Positions 9,978-18,135 of a DNA stretch of 64,000 bases are shown one piece after another; the first letter of the stretch is position 1; every line of letters begins with the position of its first letter. A program made the position numbers and the translations under genes. The notes beneath the pieces are model-generated. The model was given only the letters and a program-made list of their open reading frames with translations. It made no database searches and was not told the DNA's origin. This DNA comes from Bacteroidales bacterium (lineage in GTDB: Bacteria > Bacteroidota > Bacteroidia > Bacteroidales > 4484-276): positions 45,565-109,564 of the forward strand of contig DASRND010000008.1 in NCBI GenBank assembly GCA_035647615.1, read 5' to 3'.

Positions 9978-11273
9978 TTAATGCGTCGTTTCGGCTTCAC
10001 TCTGATGAAGATATTCATGATTAAGTTCGTGCCAGGTGGGGAGGTGGTTGTGGTGCCACTTATCTATTACCTGTCCATCTTTCACGAGTACCAGTCCGGG
10101 ATTGGCCCGGATTATCGTTTTGAGCGTGATGTCGTCGGCATTAAAAAACGGGATATCGAATGGGATGCCTTGTGCCTCGAGAAACTGCTGGATATTGTTA
10201 GGCAATGTGGAAGTGAGAACGATAAAGCTGTACCCATTTTCCTCGGCAGCCTCATAGAGCTCGTGTATTTGCTGAAAAGCCATTTCGTCGGCGATATCTA
10301 AATCCCAAGCCACAACGATAAAATGATAATCGGGATCCTGGAGGTAGTCGCCCGTAACGTCTTCGCCGGCAAAATTGATAATGGCCAGGTCCATTCCCGG
10401 CAAACGGTTTGGATCCTCTATGCGCTGGCCCACAAACTCCCATCGGGCCATCCATGCAGAGTCGCTGTAAGGATAATCAGGCGAAATATACTCCTTCATT
10501 TCACCGGTTTCGGTATCACGATAAGTGAGATAATATTTTACGGGTAGCGGATCTTCCACGTAGAGGCGGTTACCGATTTTCCAGGGGCGGAAGTCCATCA
10601 TGGGCAGATTGATGTGGTTGAGGTACTGAAAGGTGATAAATAGTGCCGCCAGCCCCACAGCCAGTGTCCATTCGGTGGCATTGCGATAGCTGATGCGCAG
10701 GCGGTTTCGGTTGGTAAAAACCAGCAGCACCAGCACCATAATGACGATGTTTTTGTAAAAGGTCTGCCAGTTGCTCATGATCAATGCGTCGCCAAAGCAG
10801 CCGCAGTCGGGCACCGGATTGTTGAGCGCATCGTTGAAGGTAATGATGGTAAAGACGCTCATCATCAGCAACACGAGCCAGGCGGTAAGACGCGGCTTTA
10901 CGTTGAAAAGCAACAAGCCCCCCAGGAGCAGTTCGCCCGTGTTGAGCAAAAACGAAAAGAAAACCGCCGCAGGCATCATCCAGTCGACGCCATAGGCGAT
11001 AAAATAATCCTCAATGCGATAGGCAGTGCCCATCGGATCGACGCCTTTGGAGAAGCCCGAAAATAAAAATAAAAATCCTAAAAAGATGCGCCCCGCGACG
11101 AGCATGTTCTTGTCGAAAATTTTGCGGTAACGCAAAACCAAAATAATGATGAAAAGCAACAACACCAAAAATGGCAGGTTGTAACCAACGAAAAAATTGA
11201 TGAGAATCGCTGAAAAAAGCGTGAGCGCCAAAATGGCCCACCCGGTAACGGTTTTAAGTTTTGATTTGATCAT
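9978..11273 (-). CDS. MauE/DoxX family membrane protein with C-terminal thioredoxin-fold-like domain (BT_3928-like)
   Basis: The multi-TM N-terminal half carries the PDCGCFGDA motif typical of MauE/DoxX proteins. The soluble C-terminal half is TlpA-like and has no CxxC. It sits beside DUF1599 and folP, as is typical in Bacteroidota. Confidence 0.65.
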   Translation of the reverse strand: MIKSKLKTVTGWAILALTLFSAILINFFVGYNLPFLVLLLFIIILVLRYRKIFDKNMLVAGRIFLGFLFLFSGFSKGVDPMGTAYRIEDYFIAYGVDWMMPAAVFFSFLLNTGELLLGGLLLFNVKPRLTAWLVLLMMSVFTIITFNDALNNPVPDCGCFGDALIMSNWQTFYKNIVIMVLVLLVFTNRNRLRISYRNATEWTLAVGLAALFITFQYLNHINLPMMDFRPWKIGNRLYVEDPLPVKYYLTYRDTETGEMKEYISPDYPYSDSAWMARWEFVGQRIEDPNRLPGMDLAIINFAGEDVTGDYLQDPDYHFIVVAWDLDIADEMAFQQIHELYEAAEENGYSFIVLTSTLPNNIQQFLEAQGIPFDIPFFNADDITLKTIIRANPGLVLVKDGQVIDKWHHNHLPTWHELNHEYLHQSEAETTH

Positions 11274-11342
11274 GGAACAGAAATCGAAAGTTTATTTTTT
11301 TATTAATAACAAAATAAGCCTGTGCAACAACAGACTTCGGAA

Positions 11343-11894
11343 CTATAAAGTGCTGCTCTCGTCCTCGGCAATTTTGATGAGGGCAAAAAGCGCATAATTG
11401 ATAATATCGGCATAGTTGGCTTCGAGGCCTTCGGAAACAAGCGTCTTGCCCTGGTTGTCCTCGATTTGTTTTACGCGCAATAATTTCATCAGGATAATGT
11501 CGGTGTAGGACGAGATGCGCATGTTGCGCCAAGCCTCGTCGTAGTCGTGGTTTTTGTCATTCATCAGCGCTTTGGCAGCGTAGATGTGCTGGTTGTAAAG
11601 CGCCAGCGCCTCGTCGTGAGCAAGCTCGTGGAATTGCCCGCCGCTTGCAAGTTGAATCAGCGCCATAACAGAGTAGTTGGCGATGCCGATAAACTCATCG
11701 CGTGCCTGTTCGTCGATTTTTTGTACCGCCTTTTCTTCGATGCTTCGGATGCGGTTAGCTTTGATGTAAATCTGATCGGTGAGCGAAGTAGTTCGCAGAA
11801 TGCGCCAGGCGCTGCCATAGTCTTTCATTTTTTTATCAAAAACTTCGCGACACTGGGCTATGGCAGCTTCAAACTGTAGATCGGTATTATGCAT
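11343..11894 (-). CDS. DUF1599 domain protein
   Basis: 183 aa made of two internal repeats (KMKDYGSAWRILR...TDQIYIKANRIRSIE and KNHDYDEAWRNMR...TDIILMKLLRVKQIE). It is assigned from memory of the family pattern and its usual position near folP. Confidence 0.6.
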   Translation of the reverse strand: MHNTDLQFEAAIAQCREVFDKKMKDYGSAWRILRTTSLTDQIYIKANRIRSIEEKAVQKIDEQARDEFIGIANYSVMALIQLASGGQFHELAHDEALALYNQHIYAAKALMNDKNHDYDEAWRNMRISSYTDIILMKLLRVKQIEDNQGKTLVSEGLEANYADIINYALFALIKIAEDESSTL

Positions 11895-11922
11895 TATTTC
11901 TTCTTATTAATATCTTTCTGAT

Positions 11923-12002
11923 GGTTAAATTCCAAAATTCAAATTCCAGGTCTCTTTTCTCTTTTGGAATTTGTCTTTTGGAACTTGTAATTTGGAATTT
12001 TT
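11923..12002. repeat. Inverted array of GGAATTTGGAA-type words (family W1)
   Basis: ggttaaattccaaaattcaaattccagg and ttttggaatttgtcttttggaacttgtaatttggaattttt form imperfect inverted arms around tctcttttctc. Confidence 0.7.
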
Positions 12003-12038
12003 CTAATGAATAACTTCACATTTCAAGAGAAACCCTGT

Positions 12039-12695
12039 TTAACGTTCTTTTCTTTTCTTCTTGTCTTTTTTACCTTTTACATCTATATCGGTGCTGTCAT
12101 CATCGGCTTCCACCTCGTCCTTATCTTTCTGAAGAGACTCGCCTTCTAATGCGATCAGCGCCTTTTTGGCTTCAGCCAGGCTTTTTTCGGCGGGTTTGAG
12201 TTTCGCTTTGCCTGCTTTTATTTTTTCTTTGCCTTTGACGATGTTACTTTTTCCCTGTTCATATTTTCTGATGGCCGCTTTCAGTTGCTCATCGGCGGCG
12301 CGTTTGTCGAGGCGATATTGTCCGTCGATATCGCGGATACTACTCCGTGCCTTGTCGCGCTGAATACGGTCCTTGGTTTTCGTGTCTTTTTCGAGGCCTT
12401 TCTTCTCAGAGCTATATTTTCTGTTGACGTTTGCCAGGTTGTCTTTTGCTGTTTTAATCTCTCCTTTCGCCTCTGTAATCATTTGTTCACCAGCAGCCAG
12501 GAGGCTATCACCTTGTGCAATAATTTCACTGGCACGCGCCACAGAAGCCTCGGAGCGGATAACCTTGTCGTGGGCACGCTGCACCGACATTTCTTCACGC
12601 GAAAGATCTCTATCCGTTTGCTGAGCTGCAACGGGTATTTGCAGCAGGATGAAGATTGCTGTACAAATCATCCCAAAAATCATTTTTCTTTTCAT
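12039..12695 (-). CDS. Secreted Lys/Glu-rich coiled-coil protein of unknown function
   Basis: It has a signal peptide (MKRKMIFGMICTAIFILLQIPVAAQ), a long charged heptad-like sequence, and a KKDKKKRKER tail. A TATCTTTG box lies 39 nt upstream. Confidence 0.6.
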   Translation of the reverse strand: MKRKMIFGMICTAIFILLQIPVAAQQTDRDLSREEMSVQRAHDKVIRSEASVARASEIIAQGDSLLAAGEQMITEAKGEIKTAKDNLANVNRKYSSEKKGLEKDTKTKDRIQRDKARSSIRDIDGQYRLDKRAADEQLKAAIRKYEQGKSNIVKGKEKIKAGKAKLKPAEKSLAEAKKALIALEGESLQKDKDEVEADDDSTDIDVKGKKDKKKRKER

Positions 12696-12733
12696 TGCTG
12701 TATGTTTTTAGTGTTTGTTTCCAAAAAAGTGAT

Positions 12734-12741
12734 CAAAGATA
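12734..12741 (-). promoter_or_regulatory. Candidate Bacteroidota sigma-A -7 box (TATCTTTG) for 12039-12695
   Basis: The reverse complement of caaagata is TATCTTTG, which fits TAnnTTTG. It lies 39 nt upstream of the ATG at 12695. Confidence 0.45.
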
Positions 12742-12799
12742 AATTGCTTTATTTTGATGGCATGTTAACGATTTATAATTTTTAAGCCGTGCAAAACTA

Positions 12800-13657
12800 A
12801 TGAAATCCTTGCTTGTATCAGACAAATGGACATTTGAAAAGCTTACTTTTGAGCAGCCACGCGTAATGGGCATACTCAATTTTACACCGGATTCCTTTTA
12901 CGACGGCGGCTACCACAGCAGTTCAGACGATCTTTTACGCCTTGCCGAAAACATGATTACCGAAGGAGCCGATGTACTCGATTTGGGCGCCTTCTCTACC
13001 CGTCCTGCCGCAAGTGAAGTAAGTATTGATGAAGAATGGGCACGGTTGAAAAATATTCTCCCCCGATTGCGGCGTCAATTCCCGCAGGTAGTGATCTCTA
13101 TCGATACATACCGCAGCGAAACAGCGCGTTGCGCCATCGCCGAAGGTGCCGACATCATCAACGATATCTCCGGCGGACAGCTCGATCCTGAAATTTTTAA
13201 AGTTGTGGCCGCACATCACACACCCTATATCATGATGCACATTCAGGGTACGCCGGCCACCATGCAGATTAATCCCAAGTACAATAATGTTGTTAATGAA
13301 ATTGATGATTTTTTTCAGCGACAGCTTACCCTTTTAAAAAATAAAGGTGTCGAAGAAAACATTTTGCTCGATCCCGGTTTCGGCTTTGGAAAAAGAGTGG
13401 CGCATAACTACCAGCTGCTACACGGCCTGAGGCAGTTTGCACGACATGGCTTTCCGGTGGTGGCAGGCGTTTCGCGCAAATCGATGATTAACAAAATTTT
13501 GGGCACCACACCGGATACCGCTCTAAACGGCACCACGGCGGTGAATATGCTGGCGCTGATGAATGGCGCAAGTCTGCTGCGTGTGCATGATGTAAAAGAA
13601 GCGGTGGAAACGATAAAACTTTATTGCGCTTATCGCGAAAATGGAGAGGGATCCTAA
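12800..13657 (+). CDS. folP: Dihydropteroate synthase
   Basis: The signatures GILNFTPDSFYDGG, DIGAFSTRP-like LDLGAFSTRPAA, INDISGG and the C-terminal LRVHDV are present. Confidence 0.95.
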   Translation: MKSLLVSDKWTFEKLTFEQPRVMGILNFTPDSFYDGGYHSSSDDLLRLAENMITEGADVLDLGAFSTRPAASEVSIDEEWARLKNILPRLRRQFPQVVISIDTYRSETARCAIAEGADIINDISGGQLDPEIFKVVAAHHTPYIMMHIQGTPATMQINPKYNNVVNEIDDFFQRQLTLLKNKGVEENILLDPGFGFGKRVAHNYQLLHGLRQFARHGFPVVAGVSRKSMINKILGTTPDTALNGTTAVNMLALMNGASLLRVHDVKEAVETIKLYCAYRENGEGS

Positions 13658-13747
13658 CTATTTATGCCGGTCTTCGAATGCGTTTTTTCCTATAACCTGA
13701 TAACCTGACAACTTCCTTTTTTTCCCGAAAACCGGGCACAAAAAAAA

Positions 13748-13845
13748 GGGTAAGCTACCTGTGTCGCACCGCTTCAACCGCCTACCCTTGCTGCCTTCCG
13801 ACCCTGGGGGAGTTCAGCAGGAGCTGGTCGCACAGGACTTACCCC
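13748..13845 (-). ncRNA. ffs: Small (4.5S-type) signal recognition particle RNA
   Basis: The minus-strand sequence is GGGGUAAGUCCUGUGCGACCAGCUCCUGCUGAACUCCCCCAGGGUCGGAAGGCAGCAAGGGUAGGCGGUUGAAGCGGUGCGACACAGGUAGCUUACCC. It contains the conserved domain IV core (CAGGnnCGGAAGGnAGCAnnnGnnAG). The 5-prime and 3-prime ends pair (GGGUAAG.CCUGUG with CACAGG.CUUACCC). It is followed by a U8 run and preceded by -33/-7 boxes. Confidence 0.85.
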
Positions 13846-13849
13846 GCGG

Positions 13850-13880
13850 CAAAGATAATACTTCCATCTCAACAGCCAAA
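13850..13880 (-). promoter_or_regulatory. Promoter of ffs (-33 TTTG / -7 TATCTTTG)
   Basis: On the minus strand, TATCTTTG (13857-13850) ends about 5-7 nt before the predicted GGGGUAAG 5-prime end. TTTG (13880-13877) lies 19 nt further upstream, matching the Bacteroidota consensus spacing. Confidence 0.6.
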
Positions 13881-13981
13881 AAAGTTTTTCTTTAAAATCT
13901 AATTTGAAAGAAGCCGACGGTTCGCAGCCTTTAGTCGGCAACAAGCACTCTTTGCCATGTAACCAACATATATTCTTTCCA

Positions 13982-14116
13982 CCACGCACCTTGCGTTTTT
14001 TCTTTGCGCCACGCACCATGCGTTTTTTCTTTGCGTCTTGCGCCATTCGCCATGCGTCATGCGCCACGCGCCGTGCGTTCTTTCTTTGCGCCACGCGCCC
14101 TGCGCCCTGCTTCTTC
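13982..14116. repeat. Tandem 27-28-nt repeat array (about 5 units, 2 nearly identical)
   Basis: Unit 1 (13982-14008, ccacgcaccttgcgttttttctttgcg) and unit 2 (14009-14035) differ at 1 nt. Unit 3 (14064-14090) differs from unit 2 at 3 nt. Degenerate units lie between and after. The well-preserved units contain ACGCA-N3-TGCGT, and degenerate units keep only a related GC-rich core. Confidence 0.85.
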
Positions 14117-14150
14117 TAAAACTTTTTCCGCCTGCTATTGGTTTCCTGTG

Positions 14151-14158
14151 TACATTTG
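14151..14158 (+). promoter_or_regulatory. Candidate -7 box (TACATTTG) for the DUF4199/GT2/GT4 operon
   Basis: It fits TAnnTTTG and lies 27 nt upstream of the ATG at 14185. Confidence 0.45.
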
Positions 14159-14184
14159 CACAATAACCAAATAACGTTTCAACA

Positions 14185-14703
14185 ATGAACGACAAAATGT
14201 CTAAAACAAATTTCACGCTGATGCATGGTGCAATTCTTGGCGTTATTCTTATTGTTTTCAGCCTGTTGCTTTATCTTCTCGACATGTCGAGCAGCAAATT
14301 ACAGTATCTCAGCTATGCCATTCTCATCGGTTATCTGCTCTACGCCATGATTCAGTGGCGCGACAAATACAACGAGGGTTTACTTGGCTATGGGCAGGCT
14401 TTTTCTACCGGCTTTTTGGTCATCCTGTTCTCATCGTTCGTCATGGCAGCTTATGTAATTTTATTTTATGGATTGGTAGCTCCAGGCGAAATAGCTAAGA
14501 TGGTAAGCGCAGCCGAAGAAAACGTGCTGCAGATGCAGCCGGATATTACCGACGAGACACTGGACATGACCATGAAAATGACTAAGATGATGATGACTCC
14601 CTGGATGATGGCCATCTGGGCTTTTGTAGGTAATCTTTTTATAGGCCTGGTTTTGTCGACAGTATTGGCTGCTTTTGTAAAAAAAGAACCACAACCTTTT
14701 TAA
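14185..14703 (+). CDS. DUF4199-like small membrane protein
   Basis: 172 aa with 4 predicted TM segments. It sits immediately upstream of a GT2 gene, the usual Bacteroidota arrangement. The family name is from memory. Confidence 0.6.
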   Translation: MNDKMSKTNFTLMHGAILGVILIVFSLLLYLLDMSSSKLQYLSYAILIGYLLYAMIQWRDKYNEGLLGYGQAFSTGFLVILFSSFVMAAYVILFYGLVAPGEIAKMVSAAEENVLQMQPDITDETLDMTMKMTKMMMTPWMMAIWAFVGNLFIGLVLSTVLAAFVKKEPQPF

Positions 14704-14709
14704 TTTTCT

Positions 14710-15672
14710 ATGGACGTTTCGATAGTCGTACCCGTTTACAACGAAGAAGAATCGCTGCCTGAGCTTACGCAATGGATAGCCGCTGTGGCCGAAAAAGCCG
14801 CGCTAAGTTATGAAGTGCTCTTTGTGGATGATGGCAGCAGTGACGGCAGTTGGCAGGTCATCGAAGGGCTGCAACGCGAATACAACACGGTGCGTGGCAT
14901 CAAGTTCAGGCGAAACTACGGCAAGTCTGCGGCACTGCATCTGGGATTTAGAGCCTCGCAAGGCGAAGTGGTCATCACCATGGACGCCGACCTGCAGGAC
15001 AGCCCCGATGAGATTCCTGAGCTTTATCGTATGATAAAAGAAGACAAATACGATGTGGTGTCGGGTTGGAAAAAAGTGCGCCATGATCCCATCGGGAAAC
15101 GCTGGCCATCGAAATTTTTCAACTGGACCACCCGCCGCATCTCAAAAATAAAACTTCACGATTTCAACTGCGGACTAAAAGCCTATCACCGCGATGTGGT
15201 GAAAACCATCGAAATTTATGGTGAGATGCACCGCTATATTCCGGTCATCGCCAAATGGGCAGGCTTTGGCCGCATCACCGAAAAGGTGGTCCAGCACCAG
15301 GCACGCAAATACGGAAAATCGAAATTTGGCGCCGGGCGGCTCATCAAAGGATTTCTGGATCTGGTCACCCTCACCTTCGTTTCTAAATTTGCCAAAAGAC
15401 CCATGCACTTTTTTGGCGTTTTAGGCACGCTGCTGTTTATCATCGGGTTTATCATCGCCGTGTATCTTACGGTGGCTAAATTTGTCTGGCTGGAATATCG
15501 CATGACCGAACGCCCCTTGTTTTATTTTGGACTGCTGGCCATGGTGATGGGAATGCAGGTATTTGTGGCGGGATTTGTAGCGGAGATGATCGCGCGTACC
15601 TCAACACGGCGCAACTCCTATATCATCGAAAAACGTGTCGGCATCAAAAACATAGAGAATCTTGAAAAATAA
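14710..15672 (+). CDS. Family 2 glycosyltransferase (polyprenyl-phosphate glycosyltransferase, GtrB/DPM1-like)
   Basis: The motifs VSIVVPVYNEEESL, FVDDGSSDGS and TMDADLQDSP (DxD) are present, and there are two C-terminal TM helices. Confidence 0.9.
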   Translation: MDVSIVVPVYNEEESLPELTQWIAAVAEKAALSYEVLFVDDGSSDGSWQVIEGLQREYNTVRGIKFRRNYGKSAALHLGFRASQGEVVITMDADLQDSPDEIPELYRMIKEDKYDVVSGWKKVRHDPIGKRWPSKFFNWTTRRISKIKLHDFNCGLKAYHRDVVKTIEIYGEMHRYIPVIAKWAGFGRITEKVVQHQARKYGKSKFGAGRLIKGFLDLVTLTFVSKFAKRPMHFFGVLGTLLFIIGFIIAVYLTVAKFVWLEYRMTERPLFYFGLLAMVMGMQVFVAGFVAEMIARTSTRRNSYIIEKRVGIKNIENLEK

Positions 15673-16828
15673 TCCGCGCCAGCGAAATATCATTATCCTG
15701 GGGTCGGCTTATCCGCTGCGTGGCGGCGGCATCGCCACCTACAACGAGCGTCTGGCACGCGCTTATCAGCAGAACGGCGACCAGGCTACCATCATCACCT
15801 TTTCGTTGCAGTATCCTAAATTTTTATTCCCCGGTACCACACAATATTCTACCGAAGCGCCACCCGTCGACCTGCACATCGAAGTACTGGTAAACTCCAT
15901 CAATCCGCTGAACTGGATAAAAGTTGGCAGACTGATAAAAAAACGCCGCCCCGATTTATTGGTGCTGCGCTATTGGATTCCATTTATGGGGCCATGCCTG
16001 GGAACCATCAGCCGCATCGTCAAGCGCAATCGCCACTCCCGCATTGTTGCCATCGTCGACAACTATATCCCGCATGAGCGGCGACCGGGCGACAAATTGT
16101 TTTCTAAATATTTCATCAAACCCATCCACGGCTTTGTAACCATGTCGCGGCAGGTGCTGAGCGATCTGGCGAAAGCCGACAACAAAAAACCACGGAGATA
16201 TTGTCCGCACCCACTCTACGACAACTTTGGAGCATTGCAAACCAAAGCAATCGCAAGAGAGCGGCTGAAACTGCCTGCTGATGGGCGCTACCTATTATTT
16301 TTTGGATTTATCCGCGATTACAAAGGTCTCGATCTTTTGCTCGAAGCAATGGCATTGCCAGAGGTGATTCGCACCAACGCCCGCCTGATTGTAGCCGGCG
16401 AATTTTATGCGGAAGCCAAACCTTATCACGACATCATCCGGAAACATCAGCTTGAGCCGCGTGTGATTCTGGCTACCGAATTTATTCCTAATGAGGTTGT
16501 GGCCGATTATTTCAATGCTGCCGATTTGGTGGTGCAGCCTTACAAAGATGCCACACAAAGTGGCGTGACGCAGGTGGCCTATCATTTCGAAAAACCCATG
16601 ATCACCACCAATGTTGGCGGGCTTTCGGAGATGGTGCCCGATGGCATTACCGGTTTTGTGGTGGAGCCGGATGTAAAAGATATTGCGCAAGCTATTGCCC
16701 GGTTTTTTGAAGAAAATAAAGAAGCCGAGTTTGTGGCAAATTTAAAAATAGAAAAACTAAAATTCTCGTGGGAGCGGATGCTCGAAGCCATCGACGAAGT
16801 AGCAGCTGCTGAAGCCAGGAATGGATAG
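15662..16828 (+). CDS. Family 4 (GT-B) glycosyltransferase
   Basis: 388 aa with a C-terminal EX7E-like region (DATQSGVTQVAYHFEKPMITTNVGGLSEMV). A TTG start overlaps the GT2 stop, and there is no in-frame ATG nearby. Confidence 0.8.
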   Translation: MKNNPRQRNIIILGSAYPLRGGGIATYNERLARAYQQNGDQATIITFSLQYPKFLFPGTTQYSTEAPPVDLHIEVLVNSINPLNWIKVGRLIKKRRPDLLVLRYWIPFMGPCLGTISRIVKRNRHSRIVAIVDNYIPHERRPGDKLFSKYFIKPIHGFVTMSRQVLSDLAKADNKKPRRYCPHPLYDNFGALQTKAIARERLKLPADGRYLLFFGFIRDYKGLDLLLEAMALPEVIRTNARLIVAGEFYAEAKPYHDIIRKHQLEPRVILATEFIPNEVVADYFNAADLVVQPYKDATQSGVTQVAYHFEKPMITTNVGGLSEMVPDGITGFVVEPDVKDIAQAIARFFEENKEAEFVANLKIEKLKFSWERMLEAIDEVAAAEARNG

Positions 16829-16866
16829 TGATTGTCTATAAAGTAGATGTTTTTATAACAAAAAAA

Positions 16867-17061
16867 CAAATCTCAAATGACAAATAAATCCCAAAAATCA
16901 AAATCCAAATTAGACAATCATTTCCATAGTATTGCCGCTGGTTGAGCTGGATCTGGTGGCTGAGCTTGTCGAAGCCAGCTCAGCCACCGTGTCGAAGCCA
17001 GTATTTCGAAATCAGTCGAAACCTGGTTATTGAGATTTCAAGATTGAGATTTATTTGGGAG
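16867..17061. repeat. Composite palindromic intergenic element (W1-like arms flanking an R2 core with a perfect 12-bp hairpin)
   Basis: The arms caaatctcaaatgacaaataaatcccaaaaatcaaaatccaaatt (16867-16911) and ttgagatttcaagattgagatttatttgggag (17030-17061) are inverted. The core hairpin is ggtggctgagct (16955-16966) paired with agctcagccacc (16977-16988). The GTCGAA(A/G)CC word occurs 3 times. Confidence 0.8.
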
Positions 17062-17091
17062 TTTCACTCACAGCTTTTGTTTTTAATAATA

Positions 17092-18135
17092 ATGAAGAAA
17101 TCAGAGCACTACAAATATTACAGGAGTAAATCGCCGCTGCGGCTGGGCCTTGCTGGCGGTGGCACCGATGTAGCTCCCTATTGTGAACTTTATGGCGGCG
17201 CCATCCTCAACGCAACTATCAGCCTGTACGCTTATGCTACCCTGCAACCGCGCAACGACGGCAAAATAGTGCTGCACGCCATCGACAAAGAGGAAGTGCT
17301 CACCTTCGACAGTCAGCCTCTGCTCCCACTCGACGGGCAGCTCGACCTTCTCAAAGGCGTCTATAACCGCGTGATCCGCGATTTTGACCTGAAACCTTTA
17401 TCATTTACCCTCACCACTTACGTGGATGCTCCGGCAGGATCGGGACTGGGAACGAGTTCTACGCTGGTGGTTACGATATTGGGCGCTTTCGCTGAATGGC
17501 TGCGGCTACCGCTGGGCGAATACGACCTGGCAAAGCTGGCCACCGACATCGAACGAAACGACCTTGCCATCGCCGGCGGACGACAGGATCAATATGCTGC
17601 TACTTTTGGCGGCGTGAATTTTATGGAGTTTTCGGCCAACGATAAAGTGATCGTCAACCCATTGCGCATCCGCACCGCTTATCTGCACGAACTCTCCAAC
17701 AATCTGGTGCTTTATTATACCGGCACCAGCCGACTTTCGTCGGTAATCATCGAAGCACAGCAGCGCAACGTGGTTAATAACGAAACTGTTTCGATAGAAG
17801 CCATGCACCAGTTGCGCCGGCAGGCGGTGATGATGAAAGAGGCATTGCTTAAAGGTGAACTTGACAAACTGGGAGAAATTCTCGATTTTGGATGGAAACA
17901 TAAAAAACTGATGGCGGATAACATCACCAATGCTGCCATCGATGAAATATATGATGCGGCATGTAAAGCAGGTGCTACCGGAGGCAAAATCTCAGGCGCC
18001 GGTGGTGGTGGATTTATGATTTTTTATTGCCCGGGAAACAGTCGCGCACAGGTAGTAAAAGCACTCCAGACATTTGGAGGCCAGGTAAAACGTTATGAAT
18101 TTACTACCGGCGGACTTACTACGTGGAGTATTTGA
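17092..18135 (+). CDS. GHMP-family sugar kinase (HddA-like D-glycero-D-manno-heptose 7-phosphate kinase family)
   Basis: RSKSPLRLGLAGGGTDVAPYCELYGGAILNATISLYAYA is present, along with the GHMP motif PAGSGLGTSSTL and a C-terminal ISGAGGGGF. I prefer the ATG at 17092, because the upstream extension in the ORF track translates the repeat element. Confidence 0.85.
   Translation: MKKSEHYKYYRSKSPLRLGLAGGGTDVAPYCELYGGAILNATISLYAYATLQPRNDGKIVLHAIDKEEVLTFDSQPLLPLDGQLDLLKGVYNRVIRDFDLKPLSFTLTTYVDAPAGSGLGTSSTLVVTILGAFAEWLRLPLGEYDLAKLATDIERNDLAIAGGRQDQYAATFGGVNFMEFSANDKVIVNPLRIRTAYLHELSNNLVLYYTGTSRLSSVIIEAQQRNVVNNETVSIEAMHQLRRQAVMMKEALLKGELDKLGEILDFGWKHKKLMADNITNAAIDEIYDAACKAGATGGKISGAGGGGFMIFYCPGNSRAQVVKALQTFGGQVKRYEFTTGGLTTWSI

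Noticed and set aside
13982-14116. Possible CRISPR array
   Set aside because: The units are directly adjacent and degenerate with no unique spacers. The period is 27-28 nt in total, and there are no cas genes in the window.
13774-14216. Two overlapping minus-strand ORFs of about 105 aa (Arg/Lys/Ala-rich) and a 71-aa plus-strand ORF
   Set aside because: They run through the SRP RNA gene and the 27-nt tandem array. Their periodic sequence (AQRKNAR, KKKRMVRGAKKKRKVRG) is just the repeat read in frame.
16942-17091. N-terminal extension of the GHMP kinase ORF (MSWIWWLSLSKPAQPP...)
   Set aside because: It is a translation of the R2/W1 composite repeat. The conserved kinase N-terminus begins right after the ATG at 17092.
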